A stretch of 64,000 nucleotides of DNA, taken from assembly GCA_963823965.1 (NCBI GenBank), contig CAWGNO010000014.1, positions 44,698 through 108,697 of the forward strand, read 5' to 3'. Shown here in pieces: positions 9,392 to 21,783 of this stretch. The notes under the pieces were generated by a model. The model was not told where the DNA came from. It saw nothing but the letters and a program-made list of their open reading frames with translations, and ran no database searches. The translations under genes and the position numbers were made by a program. Within the stretch, counting starts at the first letter, position 1; each line of letters opens with the position of its first letter. The DNA is from an uncultured Actinomycetota bacterium (GTDB lineage: Bacteria > Actinomycetota > Actinomycetes > Propionibacteriales > Nocardioidaceae).

Positions 9392-10003
9392 TCAGTGTGG
9401 CGCGGGACGGCCGTTCGGCTGGACCACGAGCCACAGCGCCCCGAACTGCTCCACGTCGTGGCAGAGCACCTCGCCCTTGTCCTCATGGGCGTAGTAGTAG
9501 AGCGGGTGGCCGGCGTACGTGACCTGATGTGAGCCGTCCTTCCGCGTGGTCGTGCCCAGCAGTCCCTGTCGAGCACCGCCGACCGCGCGTGGCTGGCCCT
9601 TGGTGAGCACCGGCGGCCACGCCTCGGCGCAGGGGCCGTAGCAGGCGGCTCGTGGCCCGGCCTCCTTCTCGAAGAGGTAGATCGCCTGTCCGGAGCGGTC
9701 GAAGAGCATCTTCCCGAAGGCGCTGCCGCCGGTCCTGATCGCCAGCCCGGTCGGTCTTGTCTGCTCCGTCGGGGACGGTGACGGCTCGTCGCTCGGGCTC
9801 GGGGCGTTGGTGCCCCCGCTCGACGTCGGCGAGCCCCCGGCGGTCGAGGAAGACTCCGGAGCCTCGACCGTGGGCGAGGCAGACCCCTCGCTGTCACCGC
9901 TCGCACAGGCGCTGAGGCCCGCGAGAAGGGCGGTCCCGGCAGCCGTCACCGAGAGCCGCGGTCCCGTTCGGGCAGCCACTACTCCCGGTCGCCATGTCCG
10001 CAT
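9392..10003 (-). CDS. Secreted lipoprotein with 'secreted repeat' (Lipoprotein_15 / COG4315-like) domain
   Basis: Lipobox LSA-C; S/T/P linker; GQAIYLFEKE...CYGPCAEAWPP and QVTYAGHPLYYYA...GALW motifs. Confidence 0.8.
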   Translation of the reverse strand: MRTWRPGVVAARTGPRLSVTAAGTALLAGLSACASGDSEGSASPTVEAPESSSTAGGSPTSSGGTNAPSPSDEPSPSPTEQTRPTGLAIRTGGSAFGKMLFDRSGQAIYLFEKEAGPRAACYGPCAEAWPPVLTKGQPRAVGGARQGLLGTTTRKDGSHQVTYAGHPLYYYAHEDKGEVLCHDVEQFGALWLVVQPNGRPAPH

Positions 10004-10052
10004 GTGACCGAGGCTATGCGCACTGCCCTTCCGCCGCGAGGAACCCGGGCGG

Positions 10053-10208
10053 TCAGAGTCGTCGGTGGTGCGCGAGGTCGCGGGTGCCGGCGGGCCCGAA
10101 GGCCTGCTCGAGCTCACGGTTCCAGGAGACGATCCGGTGGCGTCGGTACACCGTGGTCACAGCGATGGCCGCGAGAAGCAGTGCGGTCAGCAAGAGAAAC
10201 AGCTCCAT
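10053..10208 (-). CDS. Small membrane protein (51 aa)
   Basis: MELFLLLTALLLAAIAVTTVYRRHR: one TM segment then a basic/amphipathic tail; GAGG upstream. Confidence 0.6.
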   Translation of the reverse strand: MELFLLLTALLLAAIAVTTVYRRHRIVSWNRELEQAFGPAGTRDLAHHRRL

Positions 10209-10356
10209 CTGGGTCGAACCTCGTCGTACGTCTGCCGGGCGAGCAAGAAGGGAGCCCGGCGTTCCCCCCACGCCTCGACGGTACGGGGGAGCCGCGGGGT
10301 CGGGCAGCGGAATGCACAGATGTGACCCGGCTCTCCCGGAATGTCGGACGGAACCG

Positions 10357-11049
10357 CTAGACCGACGGGGAGGCGAACCACACCGTCCGCTTCTCCCACA
10401 CGCCGGGGGCCAGGCGGCGCCCGGAGCACACCACGATGGCAAGCTGCGAGGGTCCCTTCTTGGTGTAGTACCGGAAGAACGGGCGGTCCCCGGGAACCTG
10501 GATCCGCTCCGTGACGCGGTAGCACAGCCGCGACCGCTCTCCGCGCACCACGATCCGGTCGCCCCGGTGGAGACCGTCGAGGAGCCAGTTGCCGAGCGCT
10601 GTGCCGTCCGGCCAGGTGTGGGCGTTGAGCAGCACGTTGCCCCGGGCGCCTCCGGGACGGGTGCCCTGCTCGCGATCCCAGGCGAACACCGTCTTCCCCG
10701 CGTCGGTGAGTGGCGGGACCCCCGGGAGTCCGTAGCCGTCGCGCGGCGGCGTCACCACGTCGGCGCTCAACGTGACCCCGGGGACGGCGATCGTCCGGGG
10801 CGCGAAGGAGCGCCGCACCTCGTCGCAGGCAGGCGCCGCGGTCACCGACGGCGAGGGCGACGGCGCAGCGGTGGACGGCGTCGGGTTTGGCGACGGGCTC
10901 CGGTCAGCCTGCGCGTCGGCAGTCGGCGGCGCGGCAAGATCCTGCGAGCCGTCGATCGAACGCGACATCCAGAGCACACCGGCGAAGAGGACCATGGTCA
11001 CGATCACGGCCGCGGCCACGCCCGCCACGATCGTCCGCGTGCGATCCAT
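10357..11049 (-). CDS. Class F sortase
   Basis: N-terminal TM; GNVLLNAHTW (His), LAIVVCSG (Cys), EKRTVWFA (Arg). Confidence 0.85.
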   Translation of the reverse strand: MDRTRTIVAGVAAAVIVTMVLFAGVLWMSRSIDGSQDLAAPPTADAQADRSPSPNPTPSTAAPSPSPSVTAAPACDEVRRSFAPRTIAVPGVTLSADVVTPPRDGYGLPGVPPLTDAGKTVFAWDREQGTRPGGARGNVLLNAHTWPDGTALGNWLLDGLHRGDRIVVRGERSRLCYRVTERIQVPGDRPFFRYYTKKGPSQLAIVVCSGRRLAPGVWEKRTVWFASPSV

Positions 11050-11151
11050 CGTCGCCTCCCGAGTCTTCGGCACGATCTTGGTCCTGGCCCAGGAATCCTC
11101 TCCCGGATCCCTGCCCGCTGTCGCCGCCTCGAGGGATTCAGCCCAGGCGGG

Positions 11152-11628
11152 TCACAGGACTTTCCCGTAATAGCGCGACTTCGGGGACCACTTGTAGTGC
11201 CCGAAGCCCTCGACCGGGCTGTACCCCGAGGAGAGGTACAGCGCGATCGCCTGCGGCTGCTCGATCCCGGTCTCCAGGACCATGACGGGCCACCCGGCGG
11301 AACGAGCGGTGCCCTCGAGGTGGGCGAGGATCGCCCGGGCCAGGCCGTGGCGACGCCAGCCGGGCGCGACGTACATGCGCTTGATCTCCGCCACCGTCGC
11401 GGCTCCGAAGGCGGCGACGTCGTCGCGGACCCGCCAGCCACCCATGGCTTGCGGACGCCCCTCGACGTACCCGACGAAGAACTCGCCGCGGGGCGGGTCG
11501 AACATGCCCGGGTCGATGGGGGTCTCGTCGGGCCCGCCGTACAGGCGTACGTACTCCGCCTGCACCTGGTCCACCAGGTCGAGGGCGTCGGGGTGGGTGA
11601 AGGCGACGCGCCGTACCTGCATCGCCAT
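11152..11628 (-). CDS. GNAT family N-acetyltransferase
   Basis: AEIKRMYVAPGWRRHGLARAIL, LETGIEQPQAIALYLSSGY. Confidence 0.9.
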   Translation of the reverse strand: MAMQVRRVAFTHPDALDLVDQVQAEYVRLYGGPDETPIDPGMFDPPRGEFFVGYVEGRPQAMGGWRVRDDVAAFGAATVAEIKRMYVAPGWRRHGLARAILAHLEGTARSAGWPVMVLETGIEQPQAIALYLSSGYSPVEGFGHYKWSPKSRYYGKVL

Positions 11629-11653
11629 CGCGTGGTCCCCGTCCTGGATCCTT

Positions 11654-13852
<2,199 letters not shown>

Positions 13853-13869
<17 letters not shown>

Positions 13870-15106
13870 CGAGCCGGGAGTCCAGCCGCTCCGCGAGCAG
13901 GTCCGCCAGTCGCGGGTGGACGTTCCAGGTGCGCACCAGGTCGTCGAGCTCGTGGCGTACGGCGTCGGAGGGCGCCGCGCCGGTGCGCGTGGCACGCAGG
14001 AGCGTGTTGCGCGGCGTGTGCTGGCTCTCCACGAACTCGATCACGTCGACACGGTAGCCAAGCAGGCGCAGCACGCCCGCGCGCAACGCGTCGGTCAGAG
14101 TGTCGGCGAAGCGCTCGCGCAGGATGCCGTGCCGGGTGAGCAGGGTGTACGGAGCGGGAGTGGGTGTACGCCGCAGCTGGGCGGCGACGTCGTGGTGGCA
14201 GCACGGCGCGGCGAGCACCAGGCCGGCGTCCCAGAGCACCGCGCGCGCCAGGGCGTCGTCGGTGGCGGTGTCGCAGGCATGCAGCGCGAGCACGACATCG
14301 GGTGCCTTGTCGAGCGTGGCCGTCTCGATGTCGCCCTGGACGAACCGCATCGAGTCACCGATGCCGAGCCGTTCGGCGATCTCGGTGTTGTGCCGGTAGG
14401 ACTGCTCCTTCACGTCGACCCCGACCATGCGCACCGGCAGCTCCTTCACCCGGGTGAGGTAGCTGTGCGCTGCGAAGGTCAGGTAGGCGTTGCCGCAGCC
14501 GAGGTCGACCACGCGCAGCGGGTCCTCGGGCGCGGGGGTGCGCAGCCGCCCGGAGGAGAGCGCGTCGTCCAGGGTGGGCCCCAGGCTGCGCAGGAACTCC
14601 TCCACCTGCCGGAACTTCGCCTGCCGGTTCCGGCGCACGCGGCCCTTCTCGTCGGAGATGCCCACGGCGACGAGCGCCGGGTCGTCCTCCGGCAGCAGCC
14701 GCGGCTTGGGGCGGTCGTGCTCGCGCTGCGGGCTGACCGGAGCGTCCTGGTCGGCCTGCCGCTTGCTGGTGTGGACCAAGGCCTCGAGCTTCTTCGTCAC
14801 CCGGACCTGGTGCGTCTCCTCCACGGTGTCGACGTGCCAGTTGCCGAACGGCTCGTCGAGCAGGTCGTCCACCGCCTGCTTCGCCGCGTCGCCCACGGCG
14901 TGGTTGGAGGTGTGCGCCTGCGTCTCGTCGTACGCCGTGACCTGGAGGTGGCGGCCGGCCTTGAGGTCGACGTAGCGCATCTCGACCCGACGCCACCGGG
15001 CCGTCTGGCCGCGTCGCCGCCCGGAGCCGACCGCCCGCACGAGGCTCCGGTCGTCGAGGATCAGGGAGCGCATCCGGGTGAGGACGCGCAGGAGGGGCTC
15101 GGCCAT
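13853..15106 (-). CDS. SAM-dependent methyltransferase (Methyltransf_32-like)
   Basis: VVDLGCGNAYLTF, GVDVK, ALHACDTATD, APCCHH, HTPRN. Confidence 0.88.
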
Positions 15107-15107
15107 G

Positions 15108-15197
15108 TCAGCCCCGTGCCAGGGCGGCGATCACCACGAGCAGCATGAGCGCCGCGAGGGCACCCGGGATCACCATGCGTCGGTAGCGGGGGTTCAT
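15108..15197 (-). CDS. Small membrane peptide (29 aa) leading the methyltransferase operon
   Basis: MNPRYRRMVIPGALAALMLLVVIAALARG; TAAACT -10 8 nt upstream; stop 1 nt before the MTase ATG. Confidence 0.6.
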   Translation of the reverse strand: MNPRYRRMVIPGALAALMLLVVIAALARG

Positions 15198-15340
15198 GAT
15201 CGTCGAGTTTATCCAAGGGTGCCTTGGCCCCATCGGGCTATGGAGCCCACCCGGGTGCGGGAATAGCGTCGCGAGAGTACGAGGGGGAAGAGCACAGGCC
15301 ACTTCGAGCGAAGCGGCCTGCACTGACAAGGAGGTCAGCA

Positions 15341-15964
15341 GTGTTCATCCAGGTCATCCAGGGCAAGTGCACCGATCAGGACAAGCTCCACGAGCTCACC
15401 GAGAAGTGGGGCCGTGAGGTAGCCCCCGGCTCGATCGGCTGGCTCGGCGGAACCTACGGCATCACCGAGGACGGCACGTTCGTCGGCGTGATCCGCTTCG
15501 AGGACCGGGACAAGGCCATGCAGAACTCCCAGCGCCCCGAGCAGTCCGCCTGGTGGGCCGAGGTCGAGCGGTGCTTCGAGGGCCCGGTGACGTTCCACGA
15601 CGCCGACAAGGTCATGCTCATGATGGAGGGCGGCTCCGACGACGCCGAGTTCGTCCAGGTGATCCAGGGCAAGGTCGACGACCCCAGCCGGCTCGAGGCG
15701 CACATGGACCGCATGAGCGCGGTGCTGCACGATGCACGCCCCGAGATCCTCGGCGCCACCATCGCTGTCGAGCCCGACGGCACCTTCACCGAGACGGTCG
15801 CCTTCACCAACGAGAGCGCCGCCCGCGAGGGCGAGAGGCACGAGATGCCGATCCAGGGCGAGGCCAGCGAGCTCCTGAGGGAGTTCGACGAGCTCACCCA
15901 CGACCTCAGCTACTACGACCTGCGGCAACCCTGGTTCGCCGCACCCGGAGCGGCCGGTCGTTGA
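15341..15964 (+). CDS. Conserved hypothetical protein with two tandem copies of a small alpha/beta domain
   Basis: SD AAGGAGG plus GTG; internal repeat FIQVIQGK / FVQVIQGK and EDGTFVGVIRF / PDGTFTETVAF. Confidence 0.8.
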   Translation: MFIQVIQGKCTDQDKLHELTEKWGREVAPGSIGWLGGTYGITEDGTFVGVIRFEDRDKAMQNSQRPEQSAWWAEVERCFEGPVTFHDADKVMLMMEGGSDDAEFVQVIQGKVDDPSRLEAHMDRMSAVLHDARPEILGATIAVEPDGTFTETVAFTNESAAREGERHEMPIQGEASELLREFDELTHDLSYYDLRQPWFAAPGAAGR

Positions 15965-17192
15965 TCTCCGGGTCGAGCAGGCCCTGGGTCCGGCTGAAGA
16001 CGGCGACGGCCAGCAGCGTGCCGGCGATGGTCATCGCGCCACCGCCGACGAGGGTCCAGCGCGCTCCGAACACCTCGCCGACCCAGCCGACGATCGGGGA
16101 GCCGACGGGCGTGCCGCCCATGAAGATCATCAGGTAGAGCGCCATCACCCGGCCGCGCAGCTGCGGCGAGACGCTGAGCTGGATGGTGGTGTTCGCCGCG
16201 GTGATCATGGTCAGGGCGGTGAGCCCGATGACGGGTGTCCACAGGGCGAAGGTCAGGTACGACGGGAGCGACCCGGCGACGATCTCGGCGAGGCCGAAGG
16301 CGAGCGCCGCCAGGATGACCAGGCGGTGACGCACGACGCCACGCCGGGCGGCCAGCAGCGCGCCGGAGAGCGAGCCGACGGCCATGGTGGTGCCGAGGAT
16401 GCCGTACTCCGAGGCACCCTTGTCGAACACCTCGGTGGCCATCAGCGCGGAGGTCATCTGGAAGTTGAGGCCGAAGGTGCCGGCGAAGAAGACGATCGCG
16501 AGCACCATCATGATGTCCGGGCGGCTACGGATGTAGCGCATGCCGTCGCGGATCATCCCCTTCTCGCGCCCCTGCGGCGAGGGCGTGTCGAGCTCCCAGG
16601 TCCGCATCATCTGGAGAACGACCACGACCGCGCCGTAGGAGAGCGCGTTGACCGCGATCACCCAGCCGGTCGCCTGCGCGCCGCCACCGAGCCACGCGAT
16701 CATGAAGCCGGCGAGCGCCGGGCCGACGATGCGCGCGACGTTGAACGAGGCGGAGTTGAGGCCCACCGCGTTGCTCAGGTCGTCCTTGCCGACCATCTCG
16801 CTGACGAACGACTGCCGGGCCGGCGCGTCGAAGGCGGTGCCGATCCCGAAGACGAAGGCCAGCGCGTAGACGTGCCAGGTCTCGACGACTCCCGTGACGG
16901 CGAGCAGCCCCAGCACGAGCGCGGGAGCGGCCATCATCAGCTGGGTGACCTGGAGCAGCCGGCGCTTGGGGAAGCGGTCCGCGACGAGCCCGGCGTACGG
17001 GGAGAGCAGCAGGATGGGCAGGAACTGCAGGCCCGTGGTGATGCCGACCGCCGTGCCGGAGTTGCCGCTCAGCTGGAGGACGAGCCAGTCCTGGGCGACC
17101 CGCTGCATCCACGTTCCGGTGTTCGACACGACACCACCGGCTGCGTAGAGCCGGTAGTTGTAGTTCGACAGGGCACGGAACGTGGGGCTCAA
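15906..17192 (-). CDS. MFS transporter (12 TM)
   Basis: FRALSNYNYRLY, NTGTWMQRVAQDWLV, GLVADRFPKRR, NAVGLNSASFN, RGRVMALY. Confidence 0.92.
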   Translation of the reverse strand: MSPTFRALSNYNYRLYAAGGVVSNTGTWMQRVAQDWLVLQLSGNSGTAVGITTGLQFLPILLLSPYAGLVADRFPKRRLLQVTQLMMAAPALVLGLLAVTGVVETWHVYALAFVFGIGTAFDAPARQSFVSEMVGKDDLSNAVGLNSASFNVARIVGPALAGFMIAWLGGGAQATGWVIAVNALSYGAVVVVLQMMRTWELDTPSPQGREKGMIRDGMRYIRSRPDIMMVLAIVFFAGTFGLNFQMTSALMATEVFDKGASEYGILGTTMAVGSLSGALLAARRGVVRHRLVILAALAFGLAEIVAGSLPSYLTFALWTPVIGLTALTMITAANTTIQLSVSPQLRGRVMALYLMIFMGGTPVGSPIVGWVGEVFGARWTLVGGGAMTIAGTLLAVAVFSRTQGLLDPEINDRPLRVRRTRVAAGRSS

Positions 17193-17638
17193 GCGTGGGC
17201 CAACCTCTCCAGGATCGGGGCTGCCTGACGCAGCACGGAACGTTCTTCGGGCGTGAGCTCGCGCAGCCGCCGGGCCAGCCAGGCGTCGCGGCGGCGACGG
17301 TCGGCCTCCAGGGTCGTGGTGCCCTTGTCGGCGAGCTCGATGACGACCTGCCGGCGGTCGGTCTCGTGGGCCCGGCGGACGACGTACCCCTCCTCCTCGA
17401 GGCAGTTGACCGTCCGGGTCATCGACGGCGGCCGCACGCGCTCGTGGGAGGCGAGCTCGCCGATCGAGCAGGCGCCGTTGCGGTAGAGCGCGCCGAGCAC
17501 GGACAGCTGGCCGATGCTCAGCTCGTTGTCGGGGTCGCGCTCGCTGCGCAGTCGCCGGGTGAGACGGGCCACCGAGATGCGGAGTGCGGCCGCGAGACCG
17601 GCGTCCGTGCGAGCCATCTTCTCGATCGTCGGAGCCAT
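17189..17638 (-). CDS. MarR family transcriptional regulator
   Basis: LRISVARLTRRLR...IGELASHERVRPPSMTRTVNCLEEEGYV...ETDRRQ; 4-nt overlap with the MFS. Confidence 0.92.
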   Translation of the reverse strand: MAPTIEKMARTDAGLAAALRISVARLTRRLRSERDPDNELSIGQLSVLGALYRNGACSIGELASHERVRPPSMTRTVNCLEEEGYVVRRAHETDRRQVVIELADKGTTTLEADRRRRDAWLARRLRELTPEERSVLRQAAPILERLAHA

Positions 17639-17640
17639 GT

Positions 17641-17672
17641 TACTTAGCGTAACTCATTACCTGCGCTAAGTA
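17641..17672. promoter_or_regulatory. Inverted repeat at the marR promoter (candidate operator)
   Basis: TACTTAGCG-N14-CGCTAAGTA, perfect 9-bp arms immediately upstream of the ATG. Confidence 0.55.
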
Positions 17673-17719
17673 TTGCCGCTTCAACCAAATGCGATGCGGC
17701 TCACGCCGAAGGCGACCCC

Positions 17720-19300
17720 TCAGCCGATGTCGCGCCGCCGGAAGCCGGCCCACCCCACGACGAGGGCCACGGCAGTCACGGCGAGCAGCACGACGAGCGG
17801 GCCGGCGGTGACGTCCGCCGCGGGCACCTGCGGCACGTGCGTGAACGGCGAGAGGTCCGCCATCCACTGCGGCGGGGAGAGCAGCCCGCCGAGCCAGCCG
17901 ATCACGAAGCAGTAGGCCATCAGGGACCAGGCCGCCGCCGAGGCGCGGGGCAGCCACCCGAAGAGGAGGACGGCCACCGCAGCCAGCAGCAGCACCGGAG
18001 GCAGGTACACCAGCGAGTACGCCGTCATCCGACCGATGTCGGACGTGCCGCCCGCCGTGGCGGCGTAGGCAACCCCCACACCCACTCCCCCGGCGACCAT
18101 CACCGCGACGCTCCCGGCAAGCGTGACCAGCAGGTTGCCGAACAGCCAGCGCGTGCGGGACACGGCAGTGGCGAGCACCGGCTCCAGCCTGATCGCGCTC
18201 TCCTCACCCCGCGTGCGCAGCGCGGACGCCACGGCGAACCCCGCCGTGCCGAGGGCGAGCAGGAGCAGCGCCGTGGCGAAGAACGCGTCGACCACGCTCG
18301 TCCCCGAGGCGAGGAAGTACTTCGCGAGCGTCGGGTTGTCCTCGACCATGTTCTTGATGGACTCGCTGAACGACCCGAACAGCAGCCCCATCGTGAAGAG
18401 GCCGACCGCCCAGCCGAGCACCGAGCCTCGCTGCAGCCGCCAGGCCAGGCCAAAGACCCCCGACAGCGCGCGGCTCGCCTTGGCCGGGCCTGGCCGCGCG
18501 ACCACGATGCCCGCGCCCAGGTCGCGCCGCGACTCGAACCAGACCGTGCCGAGCAGGAGCAGCCCGGTCAGCACGAGCGAGAGGGCCAGCGGCCACCAGC
18601 GGTTGTCGGCGTACACGCGCACCTGCTGGGACCAGCCCATCGGCGACAGCCAGCTCCACGAGCTCTCCTGCACGTCGCCGAGGGCGCGCAGCCCGAACGC
18701 GACGCCGAGGAACGCCAGGGAGAGACCCACCGCCCCGCGCGCGTGGCTCATCACCTGGGCGGCGCACGCGGCGACGGCGGTGAACACGACGCCGAAGGCC
18801 GCGACGGAGGCGCCGTAGAGCAACGACTCCGCCCAGGGCTGCGCCTCGGCGACGAACGCCAAGGTCACGCCGGCTCCCACCAGGACCGAGGCCCCGGCGG
18901 CGACCAGGACGGCCGCCGTGATGACCGCGTGCGGCGAGACCACCGTCGAGCCGAGGAGCTCGACGCGTCCGGCGTCCTCCTCCCGTCGGGTGTGACGGAT
19001 GACGGAGAAGACCGCCATCAGCGCCACGCCCAGGAGCGCGGTGAGGCTGGTCTCGTAGATCAGGATGCCGCCGATCTGGGTGAGCGCCACCGGCGGACCG
19101 GCCATGGCGATCGACGCCGGTGAGCCGCCGATGTTCACGGCGTACGACGCGATCTCCACCGGGGTGTCGTAGGTACGCCGTACCGCCGCGGCCGACGCGT
19201 ACGTCACCACGACGATCGCCAGGATCCAGACCGGGAGGAAGACCCGGTCACGCCGAAGCACGAAGGAGATGAGGGGCCCTACCCCGGTGAACGCGGTCAT
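17720..19300 (-). CDS. ABC-2 type permease (TnrB3/NarB-like, duplicated membrane domain)
   Basis: [19 protein letters not shown]; [14 protein letters not shown] and its repeat [14 protein letters not shown]; WLSPMGW; DLSPFTH. Confidence 0.85.
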   Translation of the reverse strand: MTAFTGVGPLISFVLRRDRVFLPVWILAIVVVTYASAAAVRRTYDTPVEIASYAVNIGGSPASIAMAGPPVALTQIGGILIYETSLTALLGVALMAVFSVIRHTRREEDAGRVELLGSTVVSPHAVITAAVLVAAGASVLVGAGVTLAFVAEAQPWAESLLYGASVAAFGVVFTAVAACAAQVMSHARGAVGLSLAFLGVAFGLRALGDVQESSWSWLSPMGWSQQVRVYADNRWWPLALSLVLTGLLLLGTVWFESRRDLGAGIVVARPGPAKASRALSGVFGLAWRLQRGSVLGWAVGLFTMGLLFGSFSESIKNMVEDNPTLAKYFLASGTSVVDAFFATALLLLALGTAGFAVASALRTRGEESAIRLEPVLATAVSRTRWLFGNLLVTLAGSVAVMVAGGVGVGVAYAATAGGTSDIGRMTAYSLVYLPPVLLLAAVAVLLFGWLPRASAAAWSLMAYCFVIGWLGGLLSPPQWMADLSPFTHVPQVPAADVTAGPLVVLLAVTAVALVVGWAGFRRRDIG

Positions 19301-20223
19301 CGCGCAGCCCCCTCGCTGCTCACCGCCTCTTCCTCGGGCACCTGTTCGCCGAACTGGCGGAGGAAGAGCTCCTCGAGGGTCGGCGGGTGGCTGACCAGCG
19401 ACCTGATCCGCAGCGGCGTGAGGTAGTCCATGGCGTCGTCGAGGTGGTCGGTGTCGACGTCGAAGGAGACGCGGCCGTCCTCGTGGACGACGTGGGCGAC
19501 GCCCGGGACGTCGTGGATCGCCACCGGGGGACGCTCGGTCTCCACGATCACCGTCGTGCGGGTGAGGTGGCGCAGCTCCTTGAGCGTGCCGCTCTGGACG
19601 ATCCTGCCGGCGCGGATGATGCTCACCCGGTCGGAGAGGGCCTCGGCCTCGGCGAGGATGTGGCTGGACAGCAGCACCGTGCGGCCGCGGGCACGCTCCT
19701 CGCCGATGCACTCGCGGAAGGCCGCCTCCATGATCGGGTCGAGGCCCGAGGTCGGCTCGTCGAGGAGCAGCAGCTCGACGTCGGAGGCCAGCGCCGCAAC
19801 CAGGGCCACCTTCTGCCGGTTGCCCTTCGAGTAGCTCCGGGTCTTCTTGGTCGGGTCGAGGTCGAACCGCTCCAGCAGGCGGGCGCGCCGCTGGGGGTCG
19901 ATGCCGCCGCGCAGCCGTGAGAGCAGGTCGATGACCTCTCCCCCGGTCAGGTTCGGCCACAGCGCGACCTCACCGGGGACGTACGCCAGCCGTCGGTGCA
20001 GCGCGGCCGCCTCGCGCCAGGGGTCGCCGCCCAGCAGCGACACCTGGCCGGAGTCGGCGCGGAGCAGTCCGAGCAGGAGCCGGATGGTGGTGGACTTGCC
20101 TGCCCCGTTGGGGCCCAGGAAGCCGTGCACCTCCCCGGTCCTGACCTCGAGGTCGAGACCGTCGAGGGCGACTGTCGGACCGAACGTCTTGACCAGGCCC
20201 GAGACGGAGATCGCGGTGCTCAT
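19297..20223 (-). CDS. ABC transporter ATP-binding protein (TnrB2/NarA-like)
   Basis: [33 protein letters not shown]. Confidence 0.92.
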   Translation of the reverse strand: MSTAISVSGLVKTFGPTVALDGLDLEVRTGEVHGFLGPNGAGKSTTIRLLLGLLRADSGQVSLLGGDPWREAAALHRRLAYVPGEVALWPNLTGGEVIDLLSRLRGGIDPQRRARLLERFDLDPTKKTRSYSKGNRQKVALVAALASDVELLLLDEPTSGLDPIMEAAFRECIGEERARGRTVLLSSHILAEAEALSDRVSIIRAGRIVQSGTLKELRHLTRTTVIVETERPPVAIHDVPGVAHVVHEDGRVSFDVDTDHLDDAMDYLTPLRIRSLVSHPPTLEELFLRQFGEQVPEEEAVSSEGAAR

Positions 20224-20291
20224 GCCCCCACTGTGGCACCAGGGGGAGCGCTAAGGCAGGGACTTCCGCCCCGGCACGCCGGGACGGGGAC

Positions 20292-21783
20292 TCAGGCCCC
20301 CAGGAACTGGCGGACGGGCTCGATCCCGAAGTAGAGCACGAACAGCACGGTGACCACCCACATGAGCGGGTGGATCTGCGCCACCTTGCCGCGCACCACC
20401 TTCACGAGCACGTAGGTGATGAAGCCGGCGCCGATGCCCACCGAGATGGAGTAGGTGAACGGCATCAGCACGATCGTGAGGAACGCCGGGAGGGCGATCT
20501 CGATGTCGTCCCAGTCGATGTTCTTCACCTGCTGCATCATCAGGAAGCCCACCAGGACGAGCGCCGGCACGGCCGCCTCGTTGGGGATGATCTCGACGAC
20601 CGGCGCGAACACCGTGGCGAGCAGGAACAGCAGGCCGGTGACGACGCTGGCGAGGCCGGTGCGGGCACCCTCACCGACACCCGAGGCCGACTCGATGTAC
20701 GAGGTGTTGCTGGAGACACCGGCGGCACCACCCGTGGCGGCGGCCACCGAGTCCACGACCAGGATGCGCTTGGCGTTCGGGGGCGAGCCCTCCTCGTCGA
20801 GCAGGTCGGCCTCCGCACCGATCGCGGTCATCGTGCCCATGGTGTCGAAGAAGTCGGCGAGGAGCAGCGTGAAGACGAACAAGCGCTGCGGTGACGAACC
20901 CGGCCCGCTCGAAGGAGCCGAACAGCGAGACCTGGCCGAGCAGGGAGAAGTCCGGGAGGTCGACGATGTTGTCGGGGATCGCCGGGACGTTGAGGTTCCA
21001 GCCCTTCGGGTTCCTGTCGCCGTTGGCGAGCACGGTCGGGCCGACCTGGGCGATGGTCTCCACGATCACCGCGAGGGCGGTGGTGGCCAGGATCGAGATC
21101 AGGATCGCTCCCTTGACCTGGCGCACGTAGAGCGCGATCACCAGGACCAGGCCCACGGCGAAGACGAGGACAGGCCAGCCCTGGAGCGAGCCGTTGATGC
21201 CGAAGCCGACCGGGACCGTGGTGTTGGCCGCGTCGGGGAGGCGACGGACCCAGCCCGCGTCGACGAGGCCGATGAGTGCGATGAACAGGCCGATGCCGAC
21301 GCTGATCGCGACCTTCAGCTGGGCAGGTACGGCGTGGAACACCGCCGTGCGGAAGTTCGTCAGGACCAGGACCAGGATGATCAGGCCCTCGAGGACCACC
21401 AGGCCCATCGCGTCGGCCCAGCTCATCCCGGAGGCGATCGTGAACGCGACGAACGCGTTCAGTCCGAGACCGGTGGCCAGCGCGAGCGGGAAGTTCGCCA
21501 CGACGCCCATGAGGATGGTCAGCAGGCCGGCCACCAGGGCCGTGGCCGCCGCGATCGCCGCGAGGTTCGGGGCGTCGCCGCCGCCGAGGAACGACCCGTC
21601 CGCGTCCTGCGCGAACCCGAGGATCAGCGGGTTCAGCACGATGATGTAGGCCATCGTGAAGAAGGTGACGAACCCGCCGCGCACCTCGCGGCCGATCGTC
21701 GATCCCCGCTCGGAGATCTTGAAGAACGAGTCGAGCAGGTTCGACGAAGTCGTCGTGCGCTCGGTGGTGGTCAGCTTGCTCAC
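20292..21783 (-). pseudogene. NCS2/AzgA-type purine permease, split by a +1 indel at ~20881 (possible sequencing error)
   Basis: FFTMAYIIVLNP, LATGLGLNAF in one frame; FVFTLLLADFFDTMGT, YIESASGVGEGARTGL, PFTYSI in the next; deleting one A restores AALFVF. Confidence 0.85.

Noticed and set aside
20224-20291. Response-regulator site upstream of the TnrB-like ABC
   Set aside because: Only short GC hairpins and an AGGGACTT motif; no repeat structure and no cognate regulator nearby
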